Below, one piece after another: positions 1 to 13,348 of a stretch of 64,000 bases of DNA. This DNA is from Selaginella moellendorffii (taxonomy: Eukaryota; Plantae; Lycopodiophyta). The position numbers were made by a program, and so were the translations under genes. The DNA is taken from contig NW_003314274.1 of NCBI RefSeq assembly GCF_000143415.4, positions 1,966,623-2,030,622 of the forward strand, in the 5' to 3' direction. The first letter of the stretch is position 1. Each line of letters starts with the position of its first letter. Below the pieces are notes generated by a model. It did no database searches, was not told the DNA's origin, and saw only the letters and a program-made list of their open reading frames with translations.

Positions 1-537
1 CGCTTTGGGCTTTCACCCCAAGCCTCCCTTAGTACCAAGAGTTGGTCTCTAGGATAAGCTCAAAACTTACTAAATATGGAATGGTGCTAGATTGCGAATT
101 TAGACATAGGACGAACACCATTGTGTTCGGGCCGATCTCTACATTCCGTAGATATGCCAAATGAGCTAATCTAGACACTTTCCATAAATAGCATTTGGGA
201 CCGAAATGAGACTAACACAAAGGGCTATCATCTAGCAAATATTAAGGGACTAGTCTCAATATCGCGGGGGTTCCCAACACTAGCAAGTGCAAGTCAACAT
301 CATAAGTTTCTCGTCACCGTGTCAAGTATACTTGACTTAATGACAACTTAGGATTTCCTTCCTTAGTGCCCTTCCGGTCTAAGTGCACATGTGTTGACCA
401 ATTTCTCAACTATCTTGGGTGGAGACCATAAAGGGAACCAGCAGTACCGACCTTCTGCCGTCGTGGCAGTAAGGAGAGAGTGTCCGTAAGGACTAGCCGA
501 CAAGTATCTTTTGATACCCAAAGTCACATTTGCGACA
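1..537. mobile_element. Possible LTR or other inserted element interrupting the MULE-like transposase (runs off the window start)
   Basis: Transposase homology on the minus strand stops abruptly after ...VFFYQEGDRGKDCF, at a point where the + strand reads ...TGCGACA (ends in CA, as LTR termini do). The second terminus and any TSD are not in the window. Confidence 0.35.
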
Positions 538-1470
538 AAAACAATCTTTACCTCGATCACCTTCTTGATAGAAAAATACTTTCTCGGGATTTGTGTTCTT
601 CCAAATACGTACACTTTGTGCGTCATTCTTATGTAATTGATAAGTTGAAAGCAAATACTTCCTATGCAAATTGTTAATATCCTACATAGTTAGAAAATCA
701 TCTCGATGAGGAGGTTCACCAGCTGACTTGTTCCTTCCCACAATCTATATATGCTCATTATAAATTTGATTTGATGTGAAATCCTGTTGAATCATATGAA
801 TCACTCAATGTCGAATATCTGCTAAAAGCTTCTAAGGAAATAATGACTTTCCTCCAGTCAGATCAAGTTGACCATGACAAGGAATCCCATTCTTATCACA
901 ATGCTCTCTATGATAATATATAATCTGCACATAATCAAGCCATTTATAAAACTGTTTGACCAAAAAATTGCAAAGGCAACCCTGCTTATTAGAACTTTGA
1001 CCTGATCTACTTCTAGGTCCTGACTTTGGTGTAGATTCAGCAATCATAATAGAGGATGTTTCACGAGCATCTTGTTTTTCATATTCACACCAATACTTGT
1101 ATCAAGAAGTTAGTAATTATATTTTGTTAAAGAGATATACTTGATTAATGATAAAAAGCTTGTGTTTTTGAGTCGTTTCAAATCTCTAGGATCACAATTT
1201 TTGTTAAAAAATCGCCAAAAATCCACTCCATCACCCTTTCTCCTTTCACCATCTAGAAACTTATTCACATCCTTCTATAATATATACATAATAAGAGCTA
1301 TAGTTTCATTTGATTTAGACAAATTCCAATTTAAATCATCTGCACAAAAATAATCCTTTTCATGGAATTCTTGCACCTCATCAAGCCATGGGGGATCCTA
1401 AATGATTTTCTTGAATCAATATAAAGTTAAATTGATTGCTTACCTCTGGAAATTGATGTGCTGCCGCCAT
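538..1470 (-). mobile_element. Degenerate MULE/SWIM-type transposase-like gene (At4g13970/At1g60560-like family), 5' part
   Basis: Minus-strand pieces DYFCADDLNW..IALI..VNKFLDGE, YWCEY, KQGCLCNFLVKQFYKWLDYVQIIYYHREHCDKNGIPCHG and DAQSVRIWKNTNPEKVFFYQE occur in the same order as the conserved blocks of this plant family (RGCxCHFxVKRL..HxDxxGxPCHG; DDxxSIxxW..FFYQE). Stops and frameshifts are present. Confidence 0.7.
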
Positions 1471-2137
1471 GCTTGATCATAAAAGAACCATAAACGGTTT
1501 TAGGTCAATTATGGGGCAACCATAATGGGTGGACTAGGGCGCGGCTAAGTGTTGGGCGCGCTGATTAAAATTTGGCTAAGTGTTGGGGCTGTGGCCACGT
1601 GGAAGTAATTAGGGCGGGACGTGCGGGGGCGGGTGGGAGTGCAGGCGGGAGCTGCGGGCGGGTGATAGCCGCGGGCGGGAGTGCGCAGCGGCGACGAATG
1701 GGAGAGAGATAAAACAAAAAGAAGGCCTGATGCCACGTCACCACCAGGTAAGCGGAGAGAGAGTGCAGAAAAAAAAATTAAACCAAGCAGGATGATTATG
1801 CAGTGCACAGCAATTTATTTATACTAAACTTTCTTAAACTTTCTCTAGTAATCCTAATATAAACCCTGTTTACTTTTAGAGCCATTCCACATATATATGA
1901 TGGTTGTAGTGTATATCAAGAAATGCTACTATGTGGTTGAATGACTTGAAAAATTAGGTGTTCTGGTGTGTAATTCTTGCTAATTTTAGTGGCAACCTCT
2001 ATGCTGCCCAAGGCCAATATTAAATGCCACCCCTTTGAACAAAACAGCTGCTCAATTAAGTAGGGATTGGTTGAGTCAAGGATAGCTTATCTTGATGGAA
2101 TTCTAATTTGTTAACATACCAATCTACCTCAGATACA

Positions 2138-2285
2138 ATGCTTGAGAAAGATCTAATAAATTGGAACATAATGTTAGATATCTCTCAAAGAATGGTTATA
2201 GGTGACAAGCCATTGATCATTTCAACTTGACCCTAAATGAGATCTTATTCATGGTGGTTTTGATCACATATAGTAATATAAGTTA
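2138..2285 (+). pseudogene. Highly decayed PLS-type PPR fragment
   Basis: Translates with breaks to MLEKDLINWNIML..NGY..QAIDHF..NEILFMVVLITYS, resembling MPERDLISWNxM..NG..EALxLF..PNEITFxxVLxACS. The sequence is AT-biased. Confidence 0.35.
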
Positions 2286-2641
2286 ACTTCATCATGATAT
2301 GGAATAGGACATAGTGATCTGGAATTGCTTAGTGCTTCAAAACTGTATTAAAATAAATTGGGAAGGGAAACTTACTGTCAAGAGCTCTATAAGTGACTCC
2401 ACAGTGTTGGTGGTGAAGCTGGAATCGCTGCTATACGCAATCGCCATAATCGAAATGGTATAATTTGTTGCACTCAGTAGCAACAAACGTCTGGTTTGCT
2501 ATAAAACAATTAAAAAAATCAAACATCCGTGAAATTCAGATTTATTTTGTCTCACTAAAAAAATAGAGACTTATAAAGGTTTAAAACATCCTTGTAAAAT
2601 TCTATGGCCGCTCTTCCCTTAATTCCTAGCATGGGTTTTAA

Positions 2642-2872
2642 TGCCTCTATGCGGGCTTCGAAGTCTTTGTGGTTTACAACCAGTATGACACTCAGATCTG
2701 GAGCAGCAACAAGCCCCGCCCCGCCAATAACAACGCCAAACTCGTGGTGATGGATGATGGCAACTTGGTTCTCTACACCGGCATTGGAACTCCGATCACC
2801 CACAGTGACACCGCGCAGGCCTTCACGCTCATGAAACCGGGGCTTGAGAATTCCAGAGCCGCCTTGAAATAA
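2642..2872 (+). pseudogene. Bulb-type (GNA-like) mannose-binding lectin domain fragment
   Basis: VVY..QIWSSN...AKLVVMDDGNLVLY..G.PI..SDT matches the B-lectin repeat (QxDxNxVxY). There is an in-frame stop directly upstream and no clear ATG. Confidence 0.55.
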
Positions 2873-3034
2873 TATGGAAGTGGCACGCCTTGTATGCAAT
2901 AAGAAATGGAGATGCCATAATGTTCCTAGAAAGCATGAGAAACTCTGGAAAGAGATCGCGTGAGTATCGACATACATGGTGCTTACATTTGCTTGGGAAC
3001 CTGTAGTGTACTATAGTGGTAGCCGCTGCCACTG

Positions 3035-4127
3035 TTAAGGAGGCCTTTCTCCAGCATTTATCTTCTTCAATCTCTCCTCCTCCAGTTTCATTGTGTCCTC
3101 CGCAGCCTTGACTGCCTTTTCCCTCTCGCGCTCGGCTTCTTGTGCCAGGTTCTTGATCTCAGTCATGAATCTAAACAGCGTCTTGGCTGCTTTTGTTTTC
3201 CTGCCAAGCGAAAGAAATAGAGCAAAAATTTAGCTTGCCCAGTTATAAGATCCACAAGCTACCTTGTCTCCACAACGTCTGCAAGGGTCGGGTCTGTTGT
3301 CCTCTCGGCATGGTCTACTACTCGCGTTACAGCCTCTCTGTACATCTGTTCTAGCTCGCTCCAGTCCGATCCACAGGCCTGGCGAAAAGAAAAAAAAGAA
3401 ACAAAGAAAAAATCGCCAACTTGAGGAAAGAGAAAGCCGAGACAAACCTCAGATGCCAAGAGGAGAGAATAGTAGACGTCATGGATGAGAGTGTCTCGGT
3501 CATAGTGATCTTTTCCCATCCTTGACTTGTTCCTATAGTCTTGAATGCTCCGCGTAAAAATGCCTTTCTCGAAGTCGCCAAACTTGAGCGCCTCGGAGCA
3601 CACTGACTGGCTCATGACTAGAACGGCGTCGAGTGGAATGCTGCTGCGCTCTATATCAATCTGTGTATTCCTGAGATAGCATAAGACATCACACACAACC
3701 AAGCGCAAAAAGCTGGACAAAGAAAAACTTACCATTCTCTTTCCCGTGTAGCGACCAGCGGCAGCAAGCTCGTTCTTGTATCCGGCCAGGTAAAGGTAGT
3801 ACACTCTCCTCAACGCTGCAAAGAATAAAAACAATCGTGGAGAAATTTGAAAGACAAAATCGTAAGGTCGCAGCCACTAAAACTCATTCGATTTCGCAAG
3901 CCGTGTCTAGAAACCAAGAATTGAGAGATCTTACCGTCAAACAAATGCTCCACGGGCGATTTCCCAGTCTTGCGAAGATCCTCGAGCACGCCGGTCTCGT
4001 GCTTATCGGCGTAGCCCTTGCGCACCATATGGATGCCCTGAGAGAGCGCCGCGAATCCAGTCTTGGTGGCATTGAACAGCATCCCCACCCCCTTCTTGGC
4101 GGCGTATGCTGCCGATCCAGACGCCAT
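3035..4127 (-). CDS. Hypothetical 5-exon protein with C-terminal coiled coil (orphan)
   Basis: ATG at 4127. GT-AG introns join MASGSAAY..HLFD / ALRRVYY..KRM / IDIERSS..LASE / ACGSDW..VETR / KTKAAK..GERPP* in frame. No family recognised. Confidence 0.6.
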
Positions 4128-4410
4128 AGCCCTTCCTCCCCTCCCAAAACCCTATCATTTAAAATTTCCCGCAAGAGAAGGTAGGATATTCTAAAAGCGG
4201 AATATGACGAGGGATATACTGTCAGCAACAGCCCGGAATATTGTGCTACCAGAATGGAATATACCGTCAACGAACGAATGAATTGAATTAAAAAGAACAA
4301 AAAGACGCAGTTCTTATCAAAGTTCTCTCAAAGGATCTCGAAAATTCACGCTCTCGGAAATCCTCTTTATTCCCCACCCATTAATCCCAGCCGCGCGGTG
4401 AAAAAGCATG

Positions 4411-4867
4411 TCAGGAGTTCTGCTTGAGAAAGGCGATTAGATCCGCTCGTTCCTGCGGCTTCTTCAATCCCGGGAAGATCATCTTGGTTCCTGGAATGTA
4501 CTGCCACGAAAAAAAAAGCGTGCTTTTTCGGGAGCAAAAAATCGCAGTGCTTACCTTCTTGGGATTCAAGAGGTACTCGTAGAGCGTCTCCTCGCTCCAC
4601 TCCACGGCCTTGTTCTTGTTGGCCGCCGAGAAGCTAAACCCGGGGCAAGTCCCAGAAGTTCTCCCAATCAAACCATGGAGATTGGGGCCTGGAAACAAAC
4701 AGCCAAAAGAAATGTTAGTGATCCCGCCCAGACAAATCTCTATCGCTTCGATTACCTTGCCTGTGCCCAGCTCCCTCCTCCACGACATGGCACTGCGCGC
4801 ACTTCATCTTGAAGATCTTCTCGCCGTTCTTCGGGTTCCCAGCCGGGGCGTCTCCGAAAGTCGCCAT
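4411..4867 (-). CDS. CYTC: Mitochondrial cytochrome c
   Basis: [27 protein letters not shown] (CxxCH), [10 protein letters not shown] and NPKKYIPGTKM; 2 introns. Confidence 0.97.
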
Positions 4868-5167
4868 TCCCCTCGCTTTTCCCTAGACCCTGGGAGGAGA
4901 TCGCGATCCGCGAATGAGAGGAGGATCGAGAATCCATGGATCCATACCTGGAAATCGCAGATCGATGCCGCAGCTCCGAGCTACTGAGAACCACAGAGAC
5001 CTAAACACTGTTTCGATTCCATTACGCTTTCCTCGTGTCGGAAATTTGGCCGATATTTCCTTGACACGTGGGCGGCTTGGATGCGACCACATTGCAGCCA
5101 CGAGCTTCTAGGGTTTTCTCGAGCTTAGGGTTCTTGGGCGCCCGGTAGCTAGGGTTTGGGGGGCGCC

Positions 5168-6533
5168 ATGTACAACGGGATCGGTCTCCAGACGCCGCGA
5201 GGCTCAGGTACGAATGGCTACATCCAGGCGAACAAATTCCATGTCCGGGCGCGGCCGGGGAAGATCGAGGCCAAGGAGTATCTGCCGGGCGAGGGCACGG
5301 GAGGAGTGAGCAAGAAGGCCAACAAGGAGATTTTGGAGCACGACCGAATGCGCAAGATCGAGGTCCGGCTCGTGGAGCTGGAGGAGGAAATGCTGGAGAA
5401 TGGCTTCACCAATGACGAGATTCTGGCCAAGCTCGCCGAGACTCGCAAGGAGCTGGAACTGGAGAGCAGCCGAGAGGCGTCTTTGAACGACAAGTAAGTC
5501 TCTAGTTTCTGCCTAGAAGGGTCTGATATGGTCTTCTGGATTTTCTTTTTCTTGCAGGGTGTCCGAGACCCAGACGCATCAGATCGCCGCTCGCAAGGAG
5601 CAGAAAATGGACGTTTTGAGAAGCGCGCTAAAGTCCGAGGGAATGCAGCCGGGGGAGGCGTTCGATCGAGCTCTTCAGGAGGAAAAGCGGCAGGAATCAA
5701 AGAGAAAGAGGGACGAGGATCGGAAGTTGCGTGACAAGGAGGTCGAAGAACACAAGCGGCGAGCAGAGAAGAAAAGGAAGGAGGACGAGCGTGCCGCCAA
5801 AGACGAGCAGAAAAGGAACGAAGAGGAGCGAGAGAGGCACAGGGCCAGAGATCGAGACGAGCGCAAGGAGCGAGATCGCGAGAGAGACGAGCCGCGGAGG
5901 GATCGAGGGGAGCGCAGGGACAGGAAAGAGAGAGACAGGGACGAACTCAAGGAGAAAGAGAAAGAAGAAGATTGTGACGAACGCAAGGACCGAGATCCCG
6001 CTGCTAGAGACGAGCGTGAAGACGACCGAAAGCTGCGAGAGAGGGATCTCAAAGATGACCGCAAGGAAAGAAGCAGGGAAGAACGCAAAGAGAGGGACCG
6101 AGACGACCGAAAAGAGCGTGAGAAAGAGAGTTTCAGGGACGAGCGCAAGGAACGTGAGAAAGAGAGAGGCCGGGACGAGGAGCGCAAAGAGAGAGTCCGG
6201 GACGAAGAACGCAAAGAGAGAGCCCGAGACGAAGAGCGCAAAGAGAGAGTCCGGGAGGAAGAACGCAAAGAAAGAGGCCGAGATGATGAGCACAAGGACA
6301 GAGGCCGAGACGAGGATCGCAAAGAAAGAAGCCGAGACGACGAGCGCAAAGAAAGAAGCCGAGACGACGATCGCAAAGAAAGAGAACGAGAGCGAGAGCG
6401 CGACCGAGAAGATCGAGAGAAAGAGGAAATGGAAGACGATGCTGCTGTTCGCGGGAGATGGTCTCCACCTGGAAGTGATAGCAGTGACTATGAAGATCGA
6501 CGCAGCAGGCACCAGAGGAGGAGCCGGAGGTAA
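5168..6533 (+). CDS. CWC21: CWC21/cwf21-domain splicing factor with Arg/Asp/Glu-rich tail
   Basis: MYNGIGLQTPRGSGTNGYIQ and EILEHDRMRKIEV are cwf21/SRRM2 N-terminal motifs. One intron at about 5495-5557. Confidence 0.92.
6170..6388 (+). repeat. Coding 27-bp tandem repeat (RDEERKERx, about 8 copies)
   Basis: RDEERKERV RDEERKERA RDEERKERV REEERKERG RDDEHKDRG RDEDRKERS RDDERKERS RDDDRKERE. Confidence 0.9.
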
Positions 6534-6688
6534 ACCACAAAAAAAAAAGGTTTTTGAGCTTTTGTGTGTAGCTAGCTACGTACTGGTTTGTTCTCAAGGT
6601 AGTGAAAAACGAGCTTTTTGTTCAAAGCTACCGAGCTTGATCTTCGAGAAGATCTCTATCTTGTGAAGGATTTAAGTTTGAGGTAGCG

Positions 6689-6772
6689 AAAATGCGAGCT
6701 TTGCCACCAAGAAGCGATTTTTCTAGAGAGAACTTGGCAAAAATGCGAGCTTTTGCCACCAAGAAGCGATTT
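6689..6772. repeat. About 33-bp direct repeat between convergent 3' ends
   Basis: aaaatgcgagcttt(t)gccaccaagaagcgattt occurs twice. Confidence 0.85.
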
Positions 6773-6813
6773 TGCTGGAGAGAATCTCGATTTGAGATTT
6801 GCGGTCCTTTGTT

Positions 6814-7470
6814 CTACCATTTTTCTCGCGGGATCTCTCCAGAGTGAACAATCCGGACGACTTTTCTGGGGCGGCCGCTATAGCTGCCGGATCCTTCCGC
6901 CATGTAGACAACGTCCATGCCGCTCAAGACCCTCCCAAACACTGCGTGTTGGCCGTCGAGCCAGCTCGCCTTGACGGTGGTGATGAAGAACTGGGACGTG
7001 CTCACACCGCTAGCCGTCGATGCGTTGTTTACCATGGAGAGAACCCCAGCGTGATCGTGATGGAGCTTGAAATTCTCGTTCCGGAATGCTCCCCCCGGGT
7101 AGATCGACTCGCCGCCGCGGCCATCGCCGCGTGTGATGTCGCCCCCCTGGATCATGAAGCCCGGGATTATCCTGTGGAAGATCGTCCCCTTGTAGTGGAG
7201 GCGCTTGCCGCTGGATCCCTTGCCGCGCTCGCCAGTGCACAGCGCCCGGAAATTCTCGACGGTCCTGGGCAGGATCGAGCCGTGCAGGCCCAGGACGATC
7301 TTCCCCGCTCGCTGCCCGTCAATGTCGACATCGAAGAATACCTGGTGAGTGACGGCCGGATCGCTGGGGGATCGAGTTGCGGCGATTGAGAGCGTGATGA
7401 GTAGCACAAGAACGACGGCTAGTCCCAGGATTGCCCAGATCTTGTGATTCTTCCTCGCTCCATTCTCCAT
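6814..7470 (-). CDS. Secretory-pathway cyclophilin (CYP21-like peptidyl-prolyl isomerase), intronless
   Basis: N-terminal hydrophobic segment, then PRTVENFRALCTGE, FHRIIPGFMIQGGD, SQFFITT and WLDGQHAVFG. Confidence 0.93.
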   Translation of the reverse strand: MENGARKNHKIWAILGLAVVLVLLITLSIAATRSPSDPAVTHQVFFDVDIDGQRAGKIVLGLHGSILPRTVENFRALCTGERGKGSSGKRLHYKGTIFHRIIPGFMIQGGDITRGDGRGGESIYPGGAFRNENFKLHHDHAGVLSMVNNASTASGVSTSQFFITTVKASWLDGQHAVFGRVLSGMDVVYMAEGSGSYSGRPRKVVRIVHSGEIPREKW

Positions 7471-7560
7471 GATTTAGGGTTCTTGCTTGGCATGTTGTAA
7501 GAAATCTGAGCCGTTCATTCAAAAGCATTAAAAGTCATCGGAGCCGTTCGTTGTGTTTTC

Positions 7561-7634
7561 TCAATCCTGGCCGTTCGCTTAAATTGGGGCTCAATTAATT
7601 CAAATGGACCTTGTCAATCCTGGCCGTTCGCTTA
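7561..7634. repeat. 20-bp direct repeat upstream of the cyclophilin
   Basis: tcaatcctggccgttcgctta occurs twice; further gagccgttc copies lie at about 7508 and 7541. Confidence 0.7.
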
Positions 7635-7738
7635 CAATAAGGCTCATCTCGGCCATTAATTCAAAAACCATGGGATGGAAGGAATTGGGATGGAAGGAAT
7701 GGAAATGAAATGGAATGGAAGACCGACCCAATTCTTTT

Positions 7739-8596
7739 CTACTGGGCCTTCTTGCTCTTCTTGGTTTGCGGCTTCTTCCTCACGTAGATCTTGATGTAGT
7801 AATTTGTGAGTAGCAGCATGAGCGCGAGATAGAAGACCGCATTGGCGGCGAGCGCCTCCATCCCGGAGCACTTGGCGGATTTCTGGCGAACAAGCAGCGC
7901 CACCCACGCCGCCGCCGCGATGCCGATCGCGAACTGGAGGATCTGCGCGAGCGTCACGAATTCCTTCACGGGAGGGTCGAATCCGAGGCTGGAGAGGAGG
8001 AAGTAGGAGTAGAGCAGCGTCTGGATGGCGGTGTTGACGAGCAGGAAGATCACCTGGAGCGATTGCGCGGTGTGGAGCCAGAGGAAGCAGATTATCGGGT
8101 TGCCGGCGTGCTGGATCGCGTGGAAGAGCGTGAGGCGGCGCTTGCGAAGAACAATGATGAGGGTATCGAGGAGCTCCACGAACTTGGAGAGGTAGAAGGC
8201 GTAGGACCAGAAGAAGATCCGCCCCACAGGGCGAGTCTCCACCGGGAAGCAAAAGAGCCAGTCGATGCCGCCGCTGGCTTTCCACAGCCAGGAGCTCTGC
8301 TCGTGCTCCACCAGCGTCGCCTGGAGGCATCCGGCGAAAATCGCCACCGATCCGGCGAGGAGAGCGAGATTATGGAGGATCTGGAGCGGGCCGAGAGGGA
8401 TTGGAGATCGTCGGAGGCTCGTCAGGAACTTCAGGACAAGAATCGCCGCCGCGTAGATCCCCAATGCCGAGATCACGAATCCCCATGAGGCGCCCAGCGT
8501 GTGATCTTCGTCCCAGCGGAAGTGGGAGACCATGGGATGGTCCGCGGCATAGTACCTGATCGTCGCCAAGAGCTGATCCACTGGAGCCATAGCCAT
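7739..8596 (-). CDS. GNS1/SUR4 (ELO) family fatty-acid elongase-like membrane protein, intronless
   Basis: WLFCFP, GRIFFWSYAFYLSKFVELLDTLIIVL and VTLAQILQF motifs, plus a C-terminal KKAQ di-lysine ER-retention signal. Confidence 0.92.
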   Translation of the reverse strand: MAMAPVDQLLATIRYYAADHPMVSHFRWDEDHTLGASWGFVISALGIYAAAILVLKFLTSLRRSPIPLGPLQILHNLALLAGSVAIFAGCLQATLVEHEQSSWLWKASGGIDWLFCFPVETRPVGRIFFWSYAFYLSKFVELLDTLIIVLRKRRLTLFHAIQHAGNPIICFLWLHTAQSLQVIFLLVNTAIQTLLYSYFLLSSLGFDPPVKEFVTLAQILQFAIGIAAAAWVALLVRQKSAKCSGMEALAANAVFYLALMLLLTNYYIKIYVRKKPQTKKSKKAQ

Positions 8597-8678
8597 CGCC
8601 TCGCCGAGCTTTCTCCCTCTCTCTCTCTAGCTATCCCTCTCGAGTTTTAATGGCAGGGCCAGAGAAGAGAGTTTAAAT

Positions 8679-8702
8679 TTTAGGGCTTTACAAAGCCCTA
8701 AA
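8679..8702. promoter_or_regulatory. Perfect 11-bp inverted repeat of telo-box-like sequence in the divergent ELO/RH16 promoter
   Basis: tttagggcttt-ac-aaagccctaaa. Confidence 0.6.
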
Positions 8703-8708
8703 CCTTCG

Positions 8709-11255
<2,547 letters not shown>

Positions 11256-11394
11256 AATTTAATGGCTGGCTCGCACCAACCCATTCTAAGCTCCATTTAA
11301 CCTCCGCACATCACTGTATGCTTCAAATTCTCAAGATAATATTAGTGTTAAAATTAAGTTTAATAATATTAATATTAATTTAATTACGAACATG

Positions 11395-11468
11395 CATTAG
11401 AAAGAGGGATTGAACCTCAGACCTTATGGTTAACAGCCACTCTGTCTAACCAATTAAGCTATTCTAGC
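11395..11468 (-). tRNA. trnN: tRNA-Asn(GTT), probably a pseudogene
   Basis: GCTAGAATAGCTTAATTGGTTAGACAGAGTGGCTGTTAACCATAAGGTCTGAGGTTCAATCCCTCTTTCTAATG has the plant tRNA-Asn layout, with mismatches in the acceptor and D stems. Confidence 0.75.
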
Positions 11469-11469
11469 T

Positions 11470-13340
11470 ATATAATAATTAAAATGATAAAGTTAATATA
11501 AATGAATAAAACTAAAATATTCTAAAATATACTAATTACATTTATAAATCATAATTTTTCAACCAATAGGATATATATGTATTAATATAATTTACCTTTA
11601 ATTTTATCACTAAAAGTAAATAAATATTTAATTTACATCTAAACAACCATACAATATTTTAGCCATATACATAAGCATGATAAAACAAACTAGAAGTAAA
11701 CCTTAGCCTAGCTTCCTAACTATAAAGCATTTTAACTTTAAATTCCTATATCATAAAATATTTATAAAACATTTGTGGTTTGTATCATTCTCTTTTCTTT
11801 CATAAATTAGTCATAAATAATAACTTTAACAAGCTAAATAAACTTAATATAAAGTGAGTCTAAAGCAATATGGCCATGGAAAAAAAAATGTGCATATGGC
11901 AACACTAATATTATGACAAATGGCCACAAATGAAAGAAAATAATATAGCTTTCTTGCATGATAATAGGTATGAAAAAAAAAATGAGAATAGAGTAACAAA
12001 AATTTAAATCATAAAGCAATATGGCTAATTTTCTCCTTCCTTAAGAATGTTATCTAAATTATAATTAAAACATGAAAACATTTTCTTCATGTTGATCCTC
12101 AAATTTTTATGTAATTTTGTCTATAGAATAACCATTCTATTGAACCAAAAACTTTTTAATTTTTTTGAAGTGTGACTTTTGACCTAAAATATTAACTAAA
12201 CCAACTTTCTCAACATTAACCTTTAGAACTTGGATGATAGATTGATTCATGATATCAATAAAGTGTTAATACATTTTAATTTTACTCACATAAAAAGTTA
12301 AATAAATCTTTAAAATAAGTAGCAAATCCAAAGTGTATTTCTATAAATATTCCTGAGTTTATATCATAAAAGTTTAAGTATCATGCAACAAATTAAGATG
12401 GCTTTTGCATATCTCAGTGCATTTAAAGTATATTTCAAGGATCTGTTGTTTGCAATATGAAACAACTTCTTAATCATTACAGCGTAAAAAGTACTTTAAT
12501 AAAAGTGATGTTATTGAGCTAAAAACCTTCTATCACAAATGTGATTTAAAAATATTTATTGGTCAATTCTTTTAGACATTTTCCTTTTATTATCATAACA
12601 GTAAGAGATTAATAATTAGTCCCCTTTATTAGCCCTTCTTGTGCTAGTGGAGTTAATTAGATATTTCAAGTGGATATACATTGGGCAAGTATAAAGCATA
12701 TAAACACCCTTAGCTTAGTAAGGAGTTTTTATCTTGTTATGTTTTGCATTAACTAATGACAAAAACTATCACATATTAAACATAGTCTTTTAATATCATT
12801 ACATGATAGATTATTGTACCATCAAACACCCTCATTATCATGCTAGTGACTCCTAATTCACAATCTAAAACCATTCTATATTTGATACAAAGATTAAGTG
12901 AAATCCCAAAACAAGCTTTTATATAAAGGTTGTAAAGGGTTCCAAATGTATAACAAAGATAATGGTCAGAAGCATGGCCAATCACTTAAGATATTAGTCT
13001 GGCTCTTGTCAAGTTGTCTCTTTGTTTTGTAATTGACTTATAGATATCCACCTCTTTACATTAGACCACCAATATGTTAAAATTTTGTTTGACATTGTTT
13101 TGCATAGAAAAGCTAGATTTAATGAGTTATTGAGTGCATTTTAAACCCTCATTTCATATCATAATAGGTTTTAAATTCAACTCCAAATTCAAGTGCACTA
13201 CACTTTCCCAATACTTCAAAACTAGTAAAAGATATATTTATTAAGATTAAACAGTTAGAATTTATTGTTTAGCTTAGTAAAAGCAATTGTTGACAAAGAA
13301 TATTTTAAATTTGTATGATTAGTATAAAATAAGCTTCACT
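11470..13340. other. Very AT-rich decayed block (probable TE or PPR debris)
   Basis: Sharp composition shift and no long ORFs. Faint PPR-like residues (MRVFDG, QYGHG) are not convincing. Confidence 0.4.
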
Positions 13341-13348
13341 AATGTCAA

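Noticed and set aside
5675-6666. Long overlapping and antisense ORFs over CWC21
   Set aside because: By-products of the low-complexity R/D/E repeat.
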